Assembly (NCBI GenBank): GCA_012026655.1
Contig: JAAILG010001612.1
Coordinates: 1-64,000 of the forward strand
Direction: 5' to 3'
Source: Hydrolagus affinis
Taxonomy: Eukaryota
DNA length: 64,000 nucleotides
A model generated the notes under the pieces. It made no database searches, was not told the origin of the DNA, and saw only the letters and a list, made by a program, of their open reading frames with translations. How positions within the stretch are numbered: the first letter of the stretch is position 1; the number at the start of each line of letters is the position of its first letter. Shown here piece by piece: positions 50,037 to 63,556 of this stretch. The position numbers and the translations under genes are program-made.

Positions 50037-50264
50037 CCTCCCCACCAGGTGACAATATGTTGGACTCGATGCTTAAATCTGCATGTAACTCATTGAAGCT
50101 TCCACCATTTATATTTTAGCTAGGAGATGTGTTCTTGAAACTCCATTTAACTCATCCTCGTTTTTGGAACGCTCCGATAAAGAACTAGCAGCAATAACAC
50201 TGATCTTCTGCTGCAGAAGCAAGGCTCTAGTTCGTGGCAATCCAAACTCCTTGAGAATTGTGAT

Positions 50265-50547
50265 GTAGAGTCCTGTAGCTCAGTGGTTAGTCCACTTGCC
50301 TCACAAGCGAACGGCCTGGGTTCGATTCCAGGCAAGGCAAAACCCTGAGCAAGTTTCCTTACTCCTGATGCCTGATAATAATCCCGTTTTACAACTGTTT
50401 GATGTACACAATTGGCTGCCACGTTTCGCCCACATATACAGTCAATTCACTTTATAGTATATTTATGTGAAACGCTTTGAGACGTCGAGAAGACGTGAAA
50501 AGCGCTATCAAATATCAATTGCAAGGTCGATGATGATGATTATTATT
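50265..50547 (+). mobile_element. SINE with internal deletion
   Basis: TAGCTCAGTGG and GGTTCGATTCC boxes, tail. Confidence 0.9.
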
Positions 50548-50904
50548 AGATTAAAAATCTATACAGAGTGAAAGTGTTGTTGGATTACATTAGATTTTAG
50601 AGGGTGTACACATATGTTTGTGGCATATTGACTTCCCTCACCAGAGCAATCATTATACTCTTTTGATAATGAAGTACAGCATTTTAACAGACATGTTCAC
50701 TAATGTACAGTAAAACAGGAACAATGTACTATAAGTCAATTAATACTCACATATTAACAAGTAGCCTGCTGTACCTGAGCAGTTAAGGCCTTCTCAGCCT
50801 CACTGAATGACATGCCAAATTATATGGGGCTCTAATTTGTAATATTTCTTGATTGGATTCCTTAATAACATGATCTACATCTCGCATAGGGTGTCGGCAA
50901 TCAT

Positions 50905-51313
50905 AACAACAACAACAATCTGCACTTATAAAGCGCTTTTCACGTCGGGAGGACGTCCCAAAGCGCTGAACAGTCAGGTCGGGACCCGAGGGGAGGGACG
51001 GGGGAGGGTCGGGATAGGGGGAAGGAGAGATGGAAGAGTTAGTGGAGGAGCCGAAGGCGCGTTCGAAGAGGAAGGTCTTGAGACCGGCCTTGAAGGAGGA
51101 AAGAGAGGAAGCTAGGCGGAGGGGCTGCAGGATGGAGTTCCACAGTGTGGGAGCAGAGAGGCTGAATGCCCAGCCGCCGATGGTTGGGCGGTTAGGGCGG
51201 TGGATGCGGAGCAGGCCTGAGTCTGCCGAACAGAGGGTGCGAGCAGGCTGATAGGGAGGACAGTAGGTCAGAGAGATAGGCGGGGGCAAGCCCGTGAATG
51301 GCCTTGAAAGTGA
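50905..51313 (-). mobile_element. L2 3' end (subfamily B)
   Basis: RPTIGGWAFSLSAPTLWNSI...FKAGLKTFLFERAF. Confidence 0.92.
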
Positions 51314-53301
51314 CAGGATTCTTTATTAAGGAATCCGGGTAAGAAATATTGCAAATTAGATTTGAATCCTGATTTAGTACATGGTGCAAACAAAATTAAT
51401 TTTTTTCCGCCCCTTTTCAAACTATTTTAGGGCACTATTTAAATGCAAGTTGTTATCATTATATTTCTTGTTACAAATGCAAATTTTTGACTGTTTCTCT
51501 ATCTCTCCCCTTTTTCCCCATGTCATCTCACCCCACCACATTATTCCTTCCACATGTCTATTTAGAGACCTCCTCTCCTCCGTTGTTGAGATCAGCCAGC
51601 TAGCTCATTGCAGATTGTGAATCAAGCTTGAGACGTTAGCGTAGAGTTGAGAATTTCACCAAGTGCTACATTTCCCCCACAGAAACAGATAAGGTGGAAG
51701 CTGCATGTAGCTTAGAATGGGTTTGCAAGTCACATATGTTGATCACACATGTTACTTCTAACATTTCCACATTGACGAGAAGTCTTTAGATGCCTCTGAT
51801 GATTGTCCGAGGTGCTGCTTCCTCTACAATGTCTCTGCTGCTATTTCTGTCAGCTGAATGGCCATAGAGGCAAGATCCGAGTTAAGCATAGATTTTTTAA
51901 AGAGAGAAAAAGGGATAATTATTATTGAATATTCCCAAAATAAAAGATCTCCCTCTATTGGACGCTACCAGAATGACTATCAGGGGAACTTCATCCAAAT
52001 CAGGGAAAAGGAGAATCCGCAAATGTTCAATTTCATACCAACAAACTTTGCTCAAACGTATCTGTGATGTAAGAGTCAACGTCATAATACTGCTCACATT
52101 CAACAACGACTTGCGTTTATGTAGCATCCTTCACAGGGATAGTGTCTCTTAGCTCTTGACGGTGGTGGAGTCTGATCCACTGCTTGCGCACTGACATGAA
52201 GCACTGACTGAAACTTCAAGCTCACATGTTCTCGCTTCTGCTCAGATCTCTGCGCCTTGGGACATCCCCCCCGACGTGAAAGGCCCTAAACAAATGCGAT
52301 TTTCTATTGTATCTCAACGCCAAGTTGTGGCTCCTTAAACTTAAGAAAAAATGCACAGATTTAAGTATTAAAGTGTTACACGTTAGAATTAAGGTCTGGC
52401 TTAGGGCAGAATTACGTACAGCGCTTCCTTAAAAAGGGAAATGTATTCATCTTTTTAAGCACAAAAAAAAACACAAAGATTAACAGCGCCAACAATCTGT
52501 GTTAATTGAATTAACAAGCCAGTTTCATTAAGTGATTACTGGTTCCTTTCTATGAAAGCTTCTCAAGGGGATTCTAATCTTAATGAAACAATTTGAATTG
52601 AGGAGATGGAGGAGAGAGGCAGAAAATCAGCTTGTTTTTGGTCCAATGGTAATAAAAAAAAGATTGCTGTTCAGGTAGAGGATTAAAAGAAACTGAAAAA
52701 ATTTTCAATACGCGGTCGCGAACTGCTGCATAACCATATACAGTAGTATGTTACCTCTTGAACTTAAGACCCATGCTGCGTTATAAAAAAGCAAACTGTT
52801 TTCATACAGAACAAAATGTTTTCATATAACAGTGCCTTGGGAGGACCTCCTGATGTGAAAGGCGCTACACAAATGTAAAGTGTGTTTGTTCAAATTAAAC
52901 AGTCTGCATGAAAACAAGTGGGCAATAGTTTGGTGACCGCATAGCTCATTACGGTCTACTCACTTAGTCATAGCGTAAATATCGAAAATGTAATGCAAAT
53001 ATATGTGAAAAATCACTTGCACTGTATAATATGCCCCTTGTGATGAACACGATGGTTAATTATACAGTAAAATGAGGGGAAATTTATTATATTTCATAAC
53101 GGATTCAATGTGATAATTGTAAAAAGTCGCAATTTGACCGCCGGCATTATTTGATTGTTCTATGAACTGTTGCAAACTATTGCGGATGGAATTCATTAGC
53201 TTTGGAGTTGTTTTCTGCTAAAAAGGGAATAGGCACATACAAATTAAAACAAACGTGTGTTGGCCTACAGATACACAGCAGTGACACTTAGCAGAAATTA
53301 C

Positions 53302-53318
53302 CTCTCTTGTAATTTCTT
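53302..53318 (-). other. Weak candidate 17-nt micro-exon (AAGAAATTACAAGAGAG)
   Basis: On -: gatttattttacAG|...GAG|GTAATT. Confidence 0.22.
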
Positions 53319-54017
53319 CTGTAAAATAAATCACGTTTCAATGTAACAGGCGCTATATCAAATGCGGTGATTATTTCAAGAAAAATGATGAATATGCTTA
53401 TAACGAAACCAGATTTGGCAGAGAACAGCTACCACAAAAATACTTCATACCTCACTTCCTTGCGTCATAACGTTGAGAATCTGTGATTAAGAACATTAGG
53501 AACAGAAATGGTACGAATGGTGTGTGGATAGATTCTTACTTATGGAGAACTGTGATGCACATAAATGTAATTTTATGTGGTATTGTATTGTAAAGCACAT
53601 TAACTACCTTCAGGCAACAGGTGAATGGAGATAAGTTCCCTATGCAGACCAATCGGCCCTCATTGTCCAAGCTTATCCTGTTTTGTAATTGTGACGTAAA
53701 TGTATTGTTTGATGAATGCTATTCACGTTTCAGATATATTCACAGTGTTTTCACAGTGTTTTCTCCCACATCACTGTCAACACTTCTCTCACTTGCACGT
53801 AATCAGGAGGGCAATCCTGTTTCACCATGTCCATCAGCCTTATGCATGATATAACACCATTAATTAACCACTGATGCCACAAGAGGTCACCACAAAATAT
53901 CAATTTCCTATTGTTCCTGATATCGAAACCAGTTGTTGTGAGAGGAGTTAGAACAGAGAAACAAATGCAGAGCATGAAGGAGATCATTTTCTCCTTCATT
54001 CCTCTTTTAAACATACA

Positions 54018-54477
54018 TACTGTGCACAATTGACTGCCTCGTTTCTCCCACAAATATACAGTCAATTCACTTTACAGTGTATTCTGTGAAGCGCTTTGAG
54101 ATATCTACAAGATGTGAAAAGCGCTATATCAAATGCAAGGACTATTATTATAATATATATAAATATATATCAAAACAATAGAAATCAGCCTTCAGGACTT
54201 CAAACAAGGAAGGGCCTTTAGGTCCATCAAGCCTGTCCCTCGGCAATACTCAAAGAGGGAGGAAAGTTTCTCCCGAGGGGTTGACTAACAATCACTCTAA
54301 TAAAATTGGTCAATCATTCAATGGCTGTGTGTGGGTCATTATTTTTCACAAATGGGCTGCTGAGTTCGCCTGTAAATACTCAGTCACTCCACTTCAGAGT
54401 AAATCCTGTGAGGCACATTTGACACGTTCTCCCAATGTGAACAAAGTGATACCAAATGCAAGGATTGTAATTATTAA
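54018..54477. mobile_element. SINE tail (+ 54018-54150), CR1 tail remnant (-) and old DeuSINE 3' part (+ 54250-54477)
   Basis: Family motifs. Confidence 0.75.
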
Positions 54478-55230
54478 TACGATTGTTCTGGTTCTGGCCA
54501 CAGTGACATGTTTCAGCCACTTGTTTTAGGGAATCCTATTGGAAAAGATGTGTTTCCCCTTGATGATTTGTGTAAAACTATGGAACATACTGCAGTTAGT
54601 TACCTGGGAACATTTTACATGCTGCTATTATGAGCTTCTGTAAAATTTAACAGTATCCAGTTTACAGCAGCAAAGAGGAACCTTACTGTAAAAGTTAAAG
54701 CTGCATGAATGTGATTTTCCTCTCCAGCACAAATATGCTGGGAGTCACCAAGTCTTTTCATAAATCCTTTGCATAATTAAACTATTTGGATATCAGAGAA
54801 CCTATGAATTTCAGATGGCCCAATCTGAAATTGCAACCAAGACTTGCAGTAATGCACCTTTCACTATTACAGCCAATATTGGGACAGGTGGGAACAGATG
54901 GCAGAGCACAGCATAACCCAAGCTAGAGTAATATAACTGGACATGAGGGGAGATAGAATGGATAGAGGAAACGTGGACAATGCAGATTTTCCTGAAGGAG
55001 ACCTTCCTGAAGGGGCTGGGTCTTGCCTTGTCTCCTATTCCCTTGTGGAACTCATTGTGGTTTAATTTGGTCAATGGAGGTTTAATTTGGTCAAAACAGG
55101 CCCATCTTTCTCTCACCAACAAATATTTAAACTTCGTATTTATCACAGGGAGAAAAGTGATTGATACTCTATTGCAGGTGACGTTGATCTGAACAGTGTT
55201 GATAGTGAGGGGAATCGGTATGACAATCAC

Positions 55231-55522
55231 TGGAGTCCTGTAGCTCAGTGGCAAGCGAGAGACCTGGGTTCAATTCCCGGAAGGGCAATACTTTGGGCAA
55301 GTTTCCTCATGCCGCATGCCTAATAATAATCCCTCCAAAAATAAATTGGTCATTTCAATCCAAGATTTTTTGTGGGACACTGCTGTGCGTAATTGGCTGC
55401 CGCAGTTCGCCCACAAAATATACAGTCAATTCATTTTACAGTATAATTCTATGAAGTGCTTTGAGACGTCTAGAAGATGTGAAAAGTGCTATATTAAAGG
55501 CAAGGATTATTATGATTATTAT
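55231..55522 (+). mobile_element. Near full-length SINE (short variant)
   Basis: tggagtcctgtagctcagtgg...core...tail. Confidence 0.92.
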
Positions 55523-56221
55523 AATCACGAAGAAGAAACTGGTAGTTACTTAAACAATCGTTGAGATCAGAACCACATCAATAACTCTTGATTTCTCTTT
55601 CTTTTCAGTAACATTAAATGATGGAGAAACTTACTGCATGCTCTCTTCGGTAAGAAAAAATAATAGCCTTAATGCCTATTGGTATGCAAAGTCAATTTTT
55701 TCAGCAATTGTATATGTTGCAATTAGAAATACTGCTTTCAGTTGGGTTCAACATTATTGATTGATTTTGATTATAATAGCAAATAAGAATTTTTACCCAA
55801 ATATCGTAAAGAGACAGAACAGTAGTGGCATTCTTTATCAAGAAGTACAGAAGTCATTTTGATTTTTAATAATTTTAGGGGCTACGTTCCGAAGTAAAAA
55901 GTTTAATATGCATCAAAGCTTGAAGTGGTAGGTTAACCACAGAGATCTCTCACCATGTAATTGGACCAATAATGTCCATCAAATCTCAAACGCACATGTA
56001 CTTTAGAGTAGATAGCGGACCCACAGGGACTACTTGATTGGGGATTCATAATAACTTGCCAGAAGTTTACTCTGAAATCGCATGGTACTGTATTTCCTAT
56101 TGACAAGAATGCCCTTGAGATGAGAAATTTGTACTTAGTCTTTGCTTCCCTGTTCAAGAAAATGTCACACATTTCCCCGTGCTGCTCTTAAAATCGATTT
56201 GTGTATGCAAGAGAGATTGGC

Positions 56222-56392
56222 GACAAGGAAAAAAAGGAGATGAGGCAAAAAAAAAGGACAAGAGATAAGATGCAGGAGGGAGAGAAAACAAAGGAGGGTG
56301 ACAAGGTGAAACAAGGAGAGTCAGCAAACAGAGACAAAGGAAATGACAATCAGGGAAAAATGGAACAAAAGCGGAAAAACAAGCTAAGAAAC
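56222..56392 (+). repeat. Purine-rich low-complexity tract
   Basis: About 170 nt dominated by A and G. Confidence 0.7.
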
Positions 56393-56544
56393 AGCCAAGT
56401 GATGGTGCATTGCAATACATTGGAACCTCCTATCATTTGTTGACCTTAAGTATAAATCTGGCATTTTAATCCATGATTATAACTGTGGGTCAAGCCCAGC
56501 TTTTTTGATAGCTACAAAGGTCCTAAATTAAGTTGACCAGTCTC

Positions 56545-57071
56545 AATATAGCTTTCATGGGTTATTGAATGGATCAATTTCAAGATCATCATACCTATCT
56601 TTAAATCCCTTCATGTCCTGGCACCTACCGACCTCTCTGACCCACTACCTGCCTATTCCACTTGCCTGGCTGTGTCCTTCTGCTTGTCCCTCATTCCTTA
56701 GGTTCCACAATCGGCGGCCATTCTTTCAGCCACAATGCTCCAAAACTCTGCAGTAATAAATCTTCCTCTATCCCTCCCACTTGTCCCCTCTTTCTTCAGC
56801 TTCCAGTCCTCGACCGTGCTTCCAGTCAACTCTCCCAGGCTCGGTGTCATTCTCCACACTCTGAAACGCTACCCTGTGTGAGGGGCACTCTATAGATGCA
56901 AGTTGTTGTTGTCTTTTTTTCACCTTGCCTTCAGCCATCCTGCTACCCCCTCCGCCCCTCTCATCCCAACCCTGCCTCTCACTCTCAGGTCCTGATCCCT
57001 GACTGTTCAGCACCTTGGGATGTCCTGCTGACGTGAAAGGCACTGTATCAATGTAATTTTGTTGTTGTTGT
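56545..57071 (+). mobile_element. Two tandem L2 3' ends (56545-56911 old; 56920-57071)
   Basis: ggatcaatttcaagatc, STIGG region, two (GTT)n tails. Confidence 0.8.
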
Positions 57072-57149
57072 AGTACAGTAGTACGCATGATGCTAAGTAG
57101 CAATTTTAATGGCGTTAAACCTGGGCGTGATTTTTTCATAGTGGCCGCT

Positions 57150-57305
57150 CATCAGACACTCACTTAATCATCAGTTTTACAGATGAACGATGGCCAGTTG
57201 GGTGAGATACCTTTTATAAGAACATAAAAGCATAAGAAATGCTAGAAGAAAAAAGACCAAGATCCATCTAGTTCACCATTCACCTTCCTGGCGGTCGCAT
57301 GCACA
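57150..57305. mobile_element. AmnSINE2-like 3' relic (+) followed by a CR1 tail (-)
   Basis: gacactcact...atgaacgatggccagttgggtgagatac; cataagaaatgctagaag...ccatctagttc. Confidence 0.5.
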
Positions 57306-58917
57306 TCTGTCCCAAACTACTTATGTATTATATCCCATATTCCTAGATGGAGAGAAGAATCAAATATCTTCGAGGAAAATTGAGAGAAAAACAGAGACAA
57401 AAGGACAGAGGTTATGATTAACTTTGGCAGCCTCCTCCTGTTATTTTTAATTAAACCGTTTGCGTTGATAACGTTATCAGAGGGCTCCTCTTGGAAGAGA
57501 TACCAAACCTGCCGATACAATGGATCTGATTCAAAACCAATCAATGCAACTGTTAGTTCCAGGCACTTTGGCTACACATGTTAATTGAGATCCTCCCACA
57601 TGCCTTTCAACCCTTCATGAAGACTGCCAGTCCAAAAAAAACAATATTAATGTCGCACAAATCTAACCCAAAAAAGCAAAAAAAAACTGATTTGAAATCA
57701 ATCATAAATTTAAATGTACTCCCTCTTTAAGGTTATCTCTTTCCTGGAAATCAATGACATTCTGGTATACTGATGCAAAGGAAAGCTGGAAAGGAATTTT
57801 TCATAATGATATTAAGATTCTTTGCACAAAAAAACCCTAGATGATTTATAATAATGATAATAATAATAATCGTTACATTTGGCGACCCTCTGTATTCTAG
57901 AAGAACAATCTTCCTTTTGCTGTTGAGTTTCTCGAGCTGCCATTTGACCACTAAATCTTCACAACAGATGGCAAATGACGATACATATAAAAAGTTAGTG
58001 CTGAGCTCCAAGGTCTCATTGCTGTATTCTAAATTAGTGTTTGCTCAAGTTTAATCACAGCATTAAGACTTTTAATTGTATGACTTGAATAAAATGGCCT
58101 TAAATATACAATGCACTGTCGGTGTCTACAGCTTTTTAATGATAACCATACTTATATACTTGAGTCATTATAAGTGCCACAGTTGGGCAAGTTTTCCAGT
58201 TATTTCAGGCAACGCAGGGTCAGGTCTCATCGTTTTTGCTCAGCTTTGCTGTCTAAATGATGACATCCCACCTCATTGGAAGGTTGACAAGAATTAAATG
58301 CGTTGTTTAAATTTATACATTTGTCCTGCTTGCTAACATAAGAACGTCAGTCGTGGGAAATGGAACAGAATTTAAGCAATTGTACAGCGTTGGCATTTAA
58401 CATTTCAAGATCTGGTGCCTTTTTTGTCGTTCCCAATGCATTTCAGCTTCAATATTATTACAGAACCCTTTAATGTACAGATGTGAATGTGTTTGATTAA
58501 GCTGCCTTGCTTGAGAGGGATAATATTTCTGTGGATATCCCAGTAACGATATCAATGTAATTTCACACAGCAACTTTACAACTGTCAGAGATGATGCTTT
58601 ATTGAAATTATTAATCCCTGCATTTGATATAGTGGCTACAACATTGTCTCAGAGTGAAGACACTGTATTTGTAGGTGGCAATATAGTACTATTCTCCCTT
58701 TCCCCCTCCCTCCACACCACCCCTCCTGAACACAGTGTCAGAGTATCAGCATGAGATAAAGGTTGCTTCATTGGGTTTGTCCTCAGCATTTGGGGCTGGG
58801 TTCAATTTCTGGTCCTTGAGCCCCTATGCCAATTTTCTCTTCCCCCACCCCCCCCACCCCGAGCTTCATCGAGTCCAATGTTTGACATGAGATGGGCTTA
58901 GAGGAAATATTCAAGAA

Positions 58918-59211
58918 GTGGTGTCCTGTAACTTAGTGATTGGAGCATTCGCACACCTCTGATTACCTAGCAAGAAGTAGCAACCCGGTTGTTAGTTGAT
59001 TGGCCGATCGCCAATCCGGTACGAATTCCTTCAAAAAAAATTAATAAATAAAATAATAATAACGTTGTCACTGAATCCGTTGTGTGCCATTGGCTGCCGT
59101 GTTTCACCCACAAAATACAAAGTCCATTCACTTTACAGTATATTCTGTGAAGCACTTTGAGACATCTCAAAGACGTGATAAGGCGCTATATCAAATGCAA
59201 GGGTTATTATT
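58918..59211 (+). mobile_element. SINE (long variant) with deletions
   Basis: gtggtgtcctgtaacttagtg head, tail. Confidence 0.88.
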
Positions 59212-59514
59212 TTTTAGGATAAATTCATCTAGATAGATATTTCTAAATACCCTAAACTTTATAGCAAAGTTCAATCTGGAGCCATTTGGCACTAAATTTC
59301 CATTGTATTCAGTGTCATCACAAAACATAAGGCAATCATTTTACAGTAATTCCTTTCCAGCTTTCTTTTGGTTCAGTGCACCAGAATGTCGTTGATTGCC
59401 AGGGAAGAGATAACCTTAAAGAGGGAGTAAATTTAAACAGCAATTTTCTCTTTAATCATTTGCCTGGAAACAATGCGTAAACGAAAATGTCTTCATGACC
59501 CCTTGTGGAGCCCA

Positions 59515-59928
59515 CAACAACAACAACAACAAAATTGCACTTATATAGCGCCTTTCACGTCGGGAGGACGTCCCAAAGCGCTGAACAGTCAGGTCAGGAC
59601 CCGAGCGGAGCGGGGGAGAGGGAGGGTCGGGGTAGGGGGAAGGGGAAGGAGAGTGGGAGAGAGGGAAGATTAGTGGGGCAGCCGAAGGCGCGGTCGAAGA
59701 AGAAGGTCTTGAGACTGGCCTTGAAGGAGGAAAGGGAGGAAGCAAGGCGGAGGGGCTGCGGGATGGAGTTCCACAGTGTGGGAGCAGAGCACCTGAAAGC
59801 CCGGCCGCCGATGGTTGGGCAGTTAGGGCGGTGGACGCGGAGCAGACCTGAGTACTGAACAGAGGGTGCGGGCAGGCTGATAGGGAGACAGTAGGTCAGA
59901 GAGATAGGCAGGGGCAAGGCCGTGAATG
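59515..59928 (-). mobile_element. L2 3' end (subfamily B)
   Basis: PTIGGRAFRCSAPTLWNSIP...FKASLKTFFFDRAF. Confidence 0.92.
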
Positions 59929-60920
59929 GTAGAAGGTAGCCATCAAGGTAGAAGGGTTTAACTATTAACACAGTTATGTCAGCTCAGAGGAACTAATAGC
60001 AGAATAGCACAGAGTATGAGGTAGCTAGAGAGCCAAAATTGCCTTCCTGGTCTCATTTTCTGCTCCACAATCACTTGTTTATCCACACTCCTGAAATTCA
60101 CAAAATCTCAAAGCACCAACGCATTCCGGAACTTGGGAAATAAAAGTGAATGGGTTTGTGAGCTACTAAACCTGTTAGTCCCACACATTGTTTGCATCGC
60201 TAATGTTATTTAGTGGCAATGTAATAATAATATATCTAAGCCTCTCCTACTCTAGTGATATTTAAATGGATTAAACGAGAACGATGTGTCAAATTTCACA
60301 ATTTGCTTAATGTTAAGATAGACAATGAGCAAATCGTCAGCAATCAAACCATTATTCGCTGGTTAGGAAAAACAACCCTGACCTGCTTATAAAGATCCCA
60401 GTTAACAGTACTGGGCCTCAGTTCCCAATCTTTTCATGTTATATATATCTGATGTTACCATTTCTTGGCTACGAAATTGCAGACCATAAAAATCTTGGAC
60501 CCAAAGTATCCTGACAAGAGGGCATCGCAAAAGAAACCAGCTTTGTGAGGCTTGCATTGAAGTGCTGCAAAATAGCATCAGCAGAAGCCAGTGGAACTCA
60601 TAAACCCTTGCTGTAATATGAGCAAAATAAATTGAAGAGACACCATTTATGTGGTGAGTTATAATCTCCTGTCTATTTTACAACTTTATATTCATGGCTT
60701 CTTCACCGGGTTACAGAATGGGGGAAAATTGAATCAGATGGCAAACCCTTGCCTAAAATATTACCTCGACACAATTAAAGCTGCTCTTTGGCTATTTAAA
60801 AGATGGTTAAAGCTTGCAATCACTGTAATGTAAACTGCCTGCTGTTTATAGTCTGTAATTCATTAGTGCCTCACTAAAGACAACAAGAAGAATATCAATC
60901 AGGAAGGCGAACATCTACAC

Positions 60921-61325
60921 ATAATAATATTCCTTGCATTGACATAGCACCATCGCGTATCAACATAATATCTCAAAGGGATTCCCAGGATTCCCTGAAA
61001 AGTGTAGTGACTGTGTAGGCAAAATGCAGTAGCCAATTTCCCACAAAACAACCACAATGATGTCCCACAAACAACCATGAAGTGAATGACCGATTTTATT
61101 TGAAGGATTGTTGGCCATGATATCGGGATACACTCCCTTCTTTTCTTGAACGCCGGGGGAAACTTTCCAGGAAAATAAATTAGAATTGTAATTCCTGAAT
61201 CTAATAATCATCCTTACATTTGATGTAGCGCCTTGTCACAGCGTTGAGATGTCTCAAAGCAGTTCACAGAGTGTACCATATTGGCTACGTACGTTGAATT
61301 GACCATATTTTGTGGCTGAAACGTA
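60921..61325 (-). mobile_element. Old DeuSINE fragment (60921-61160) and SINE tail (61203-61325)
   Basis: gatgtcccacaaacaacc; tccttacatttgatgtagcgcc. Confidence 0.75.
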
Positions 61326-61500
61326 ATCAAAAGTGTGAAGCATATCAAAGCAGAGTTTTCCCAGCGTACTGGAATGAAATCTACCAAGAAGCTTAGCACA
61401 TTTCAAAATAAGAACTACACATACCTCATGGTACAAGAATCCAGTGGTTGTAGATAGATATCTGATGTTGTTTGTAGGCCATTCGTTATCCAGCTTCAGT

Positions 61501-61884
61501 TGAGTCATGTAGCTTAGTGGTTAGAGAACTTTCCTCATGAGCGAGAGGATTTGGGGTTTGATTCCCGAGGAAGACAAAACATTGGGCAAGTTTCCTTACT
61601 CCACATGCTTCTGTTTACCATGCAGTAAGTAGGAACTCTTTTGTTAATTAATTGATTGATCCCTTTTCCCGGGGTAATAATCTCTTAAAAAAAATACAGA
61701 TAAAAGTAATAATAATTTGGATACTCATTTCATGACCGTTGGGACACTGCTGTGTGCAATTGTCTGCCGTGTTTCTCCCACAAAACATAAAGTCAATTGA
61801 CTTCACAGTATATTCGGTGAAACGCTTTGAAATGTCTCAAAGACAGAATAAGACATATATTAAATGCAAGGATTATTATTATTA
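61501..61884 (+). mobile_element. Full-length SINE (long variant)
   Basis: tagcttagtggttagag head, core, (ATT)n. Confidence 0.9.
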
Positions 61885-62491
61885 CTCTGTTCTTTTCTTG
61901 GCTGTTAAGTCCTTTCTAGAACTAGAATGCCCAAAGCATACAGTTTCTACACTTGTGGAAAATCACATAAGAACAGTTCACAATAATAATATTGGCAGAT
62001 TATTATGAAGAATCCTTAGGCAGGTCCACCACGGCTTTCAGCTACAAATAAAATTCCCACTCGATCCTTAGATATAGTGATGCATATAAATTGTGCATAC
62101 ATCACCCACTGACAACACCAAACATTTTAGCCCTGTCAGTAATAAGAGCAGTTTGCAGATAAATCATATGTTGTTTCTAGTTAACAAGATATGTTTCTGT
62201 ACAGTCTACTGCTGATAAGACCAGAAATGTACAGCACCATAAGATATGACTCAACCTAGAGCATAAACAGAATGGCAGTCCCAAAGGCCTAAACCGAGTT
62301 TAGAGAACTTTATTGGGTACTTTAAAAGTTCATTTACAATACCACCCAATAAGTAATCTTTCTTTTAATTCACAAATGATTTATCTTTTGCTACTAGAGT
62401 AATGACTACATAAATTGCCAGTTAACTATTTTTAAGAGCTTGTCCTAATTTTTACTCAAGTATAAAGGGTAGTCAAAGATGAGGTGCAGTA

Positions 62492-62670
62492 GGGTCTAAT
62501 TTGCAGTATTTCTTAATGGGATTTCTTAATAGAATTTCTGTTGGAACTACTCCAGAAGTAGATTCCGTCAGAGTGGTGTTCCTGTAAGATTAACATGATG
62601 GAGTATCAAAAGACGACCCCCATTAACGCAACTTGGATTCCTTATTAAGAAATTCCACAAATTAGACCCC
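62492..62670. mobile_element. MITE-like element with ~30-bp imperfect terminal inverted repeats
   Basis: gggtctaatttgcagtatttcttaatggg vs reverse complement of ccttattaagaaattccacaaattagaccc. Confidence 0.6.
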
Positions 62671-63532
62671 CAATAACCCAGAGCATCAAACCGGTGACAC
62701 CCGTTGGAGTGGAGCTGGAAGGGCATCTATCAATTTTAATGATCCACCTCAAACAGTTCCTTTCTCTGTTCAGTGAATACTAATTTGGGAAACAAAAGCC
62801 TTGAGGGAATTTATTGGAGGCGAAAGGTTGCGTAACCTGACCATAAAAGGTAAAGGGAAACAAACATGCAATTACTTGTAGAGTTGACTGCAAATATTAG
62901 GTGAGATTTCAGTAGCCGCGTGATTTATCTGTAGCTCTCCGTTTTTGCACCAGCTACTGTACAATTCTTTGCTTCTTGATATTCATGCTATTTAGGGTCA
63001 GATTGTTCCCTCTTCTCCTCGCCGCACACACTCCCGTAATACTTTTATTTGAGTTAGTTACTTAAGGAAAGGGGCAATTAGAAACTGTGAAAGTGAAGCT
63101 GCCAATATATATTCACGAGAAAAATGGCCAGTGCTTCTCAGAGTTGTGAGCATGGAATCAATGTTTCACCTTGCGTTAGATTAGCCTAGATAATTATTCC
63201 CTTAGTTAATTTACCATACTTTGGAAAGTTAATGTAGTCCATTAATCATGCATGTAAGATGGCTTATTCCTCAAGGAAGTTAGCCTAAGCAGTGATTTCT
63301 GTCAATCACGGTAGTCGATCGAAAACAATGATCCCATCAGATAGCTTTGTTGGATGAAGCAAACCTTCCTGCCGGGAGAGGACAGAATATTACTAAAGTA
63401 CATTATTGAAGTGAGACCATATTCTTCAAGGAGTCATTAAGTCCAAGTTAGGAGCAGAGGAATGTATCAAGATCTTTTGTATCTTTTTCATCCTTTTTAA
63501 TGACCTTTTTTTAAATATCTTTTTCCCCCCAG

Positions 63533-63556
63533 AGCAGGAACAAATTACAAATACAG
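63533..63556 (+). other. Candidate 24-nt symmetric micro-exon (AGCAGGAACAAATTACAAATACAG)
   Basis: About 50-nt pyrimidine-rich, AG-free tract ending ttttccccccAG; perfect donor CAG|GTAAGT; open in all three frames. Confidence 0.5.

Noticed and set aside
56201-56443. Charged 80-aa ORF
   Set aside because: Product of a purine-rich low-complexity tract
57004-57025. REST/RE1 site (TTCAGCACC; also 11549 and 21842)
   Set aside because: Only the left half-site is present and the GGACAG half is missing; two of the three are mutated L2 tails
61426-61508. Protein-like MTQLKLDNEWPTNNIRYLSTTTGFLYHE ending at GAG|GTATGT
   Set aside because: The start codon lies in a SINE head and there is no acceptor tract
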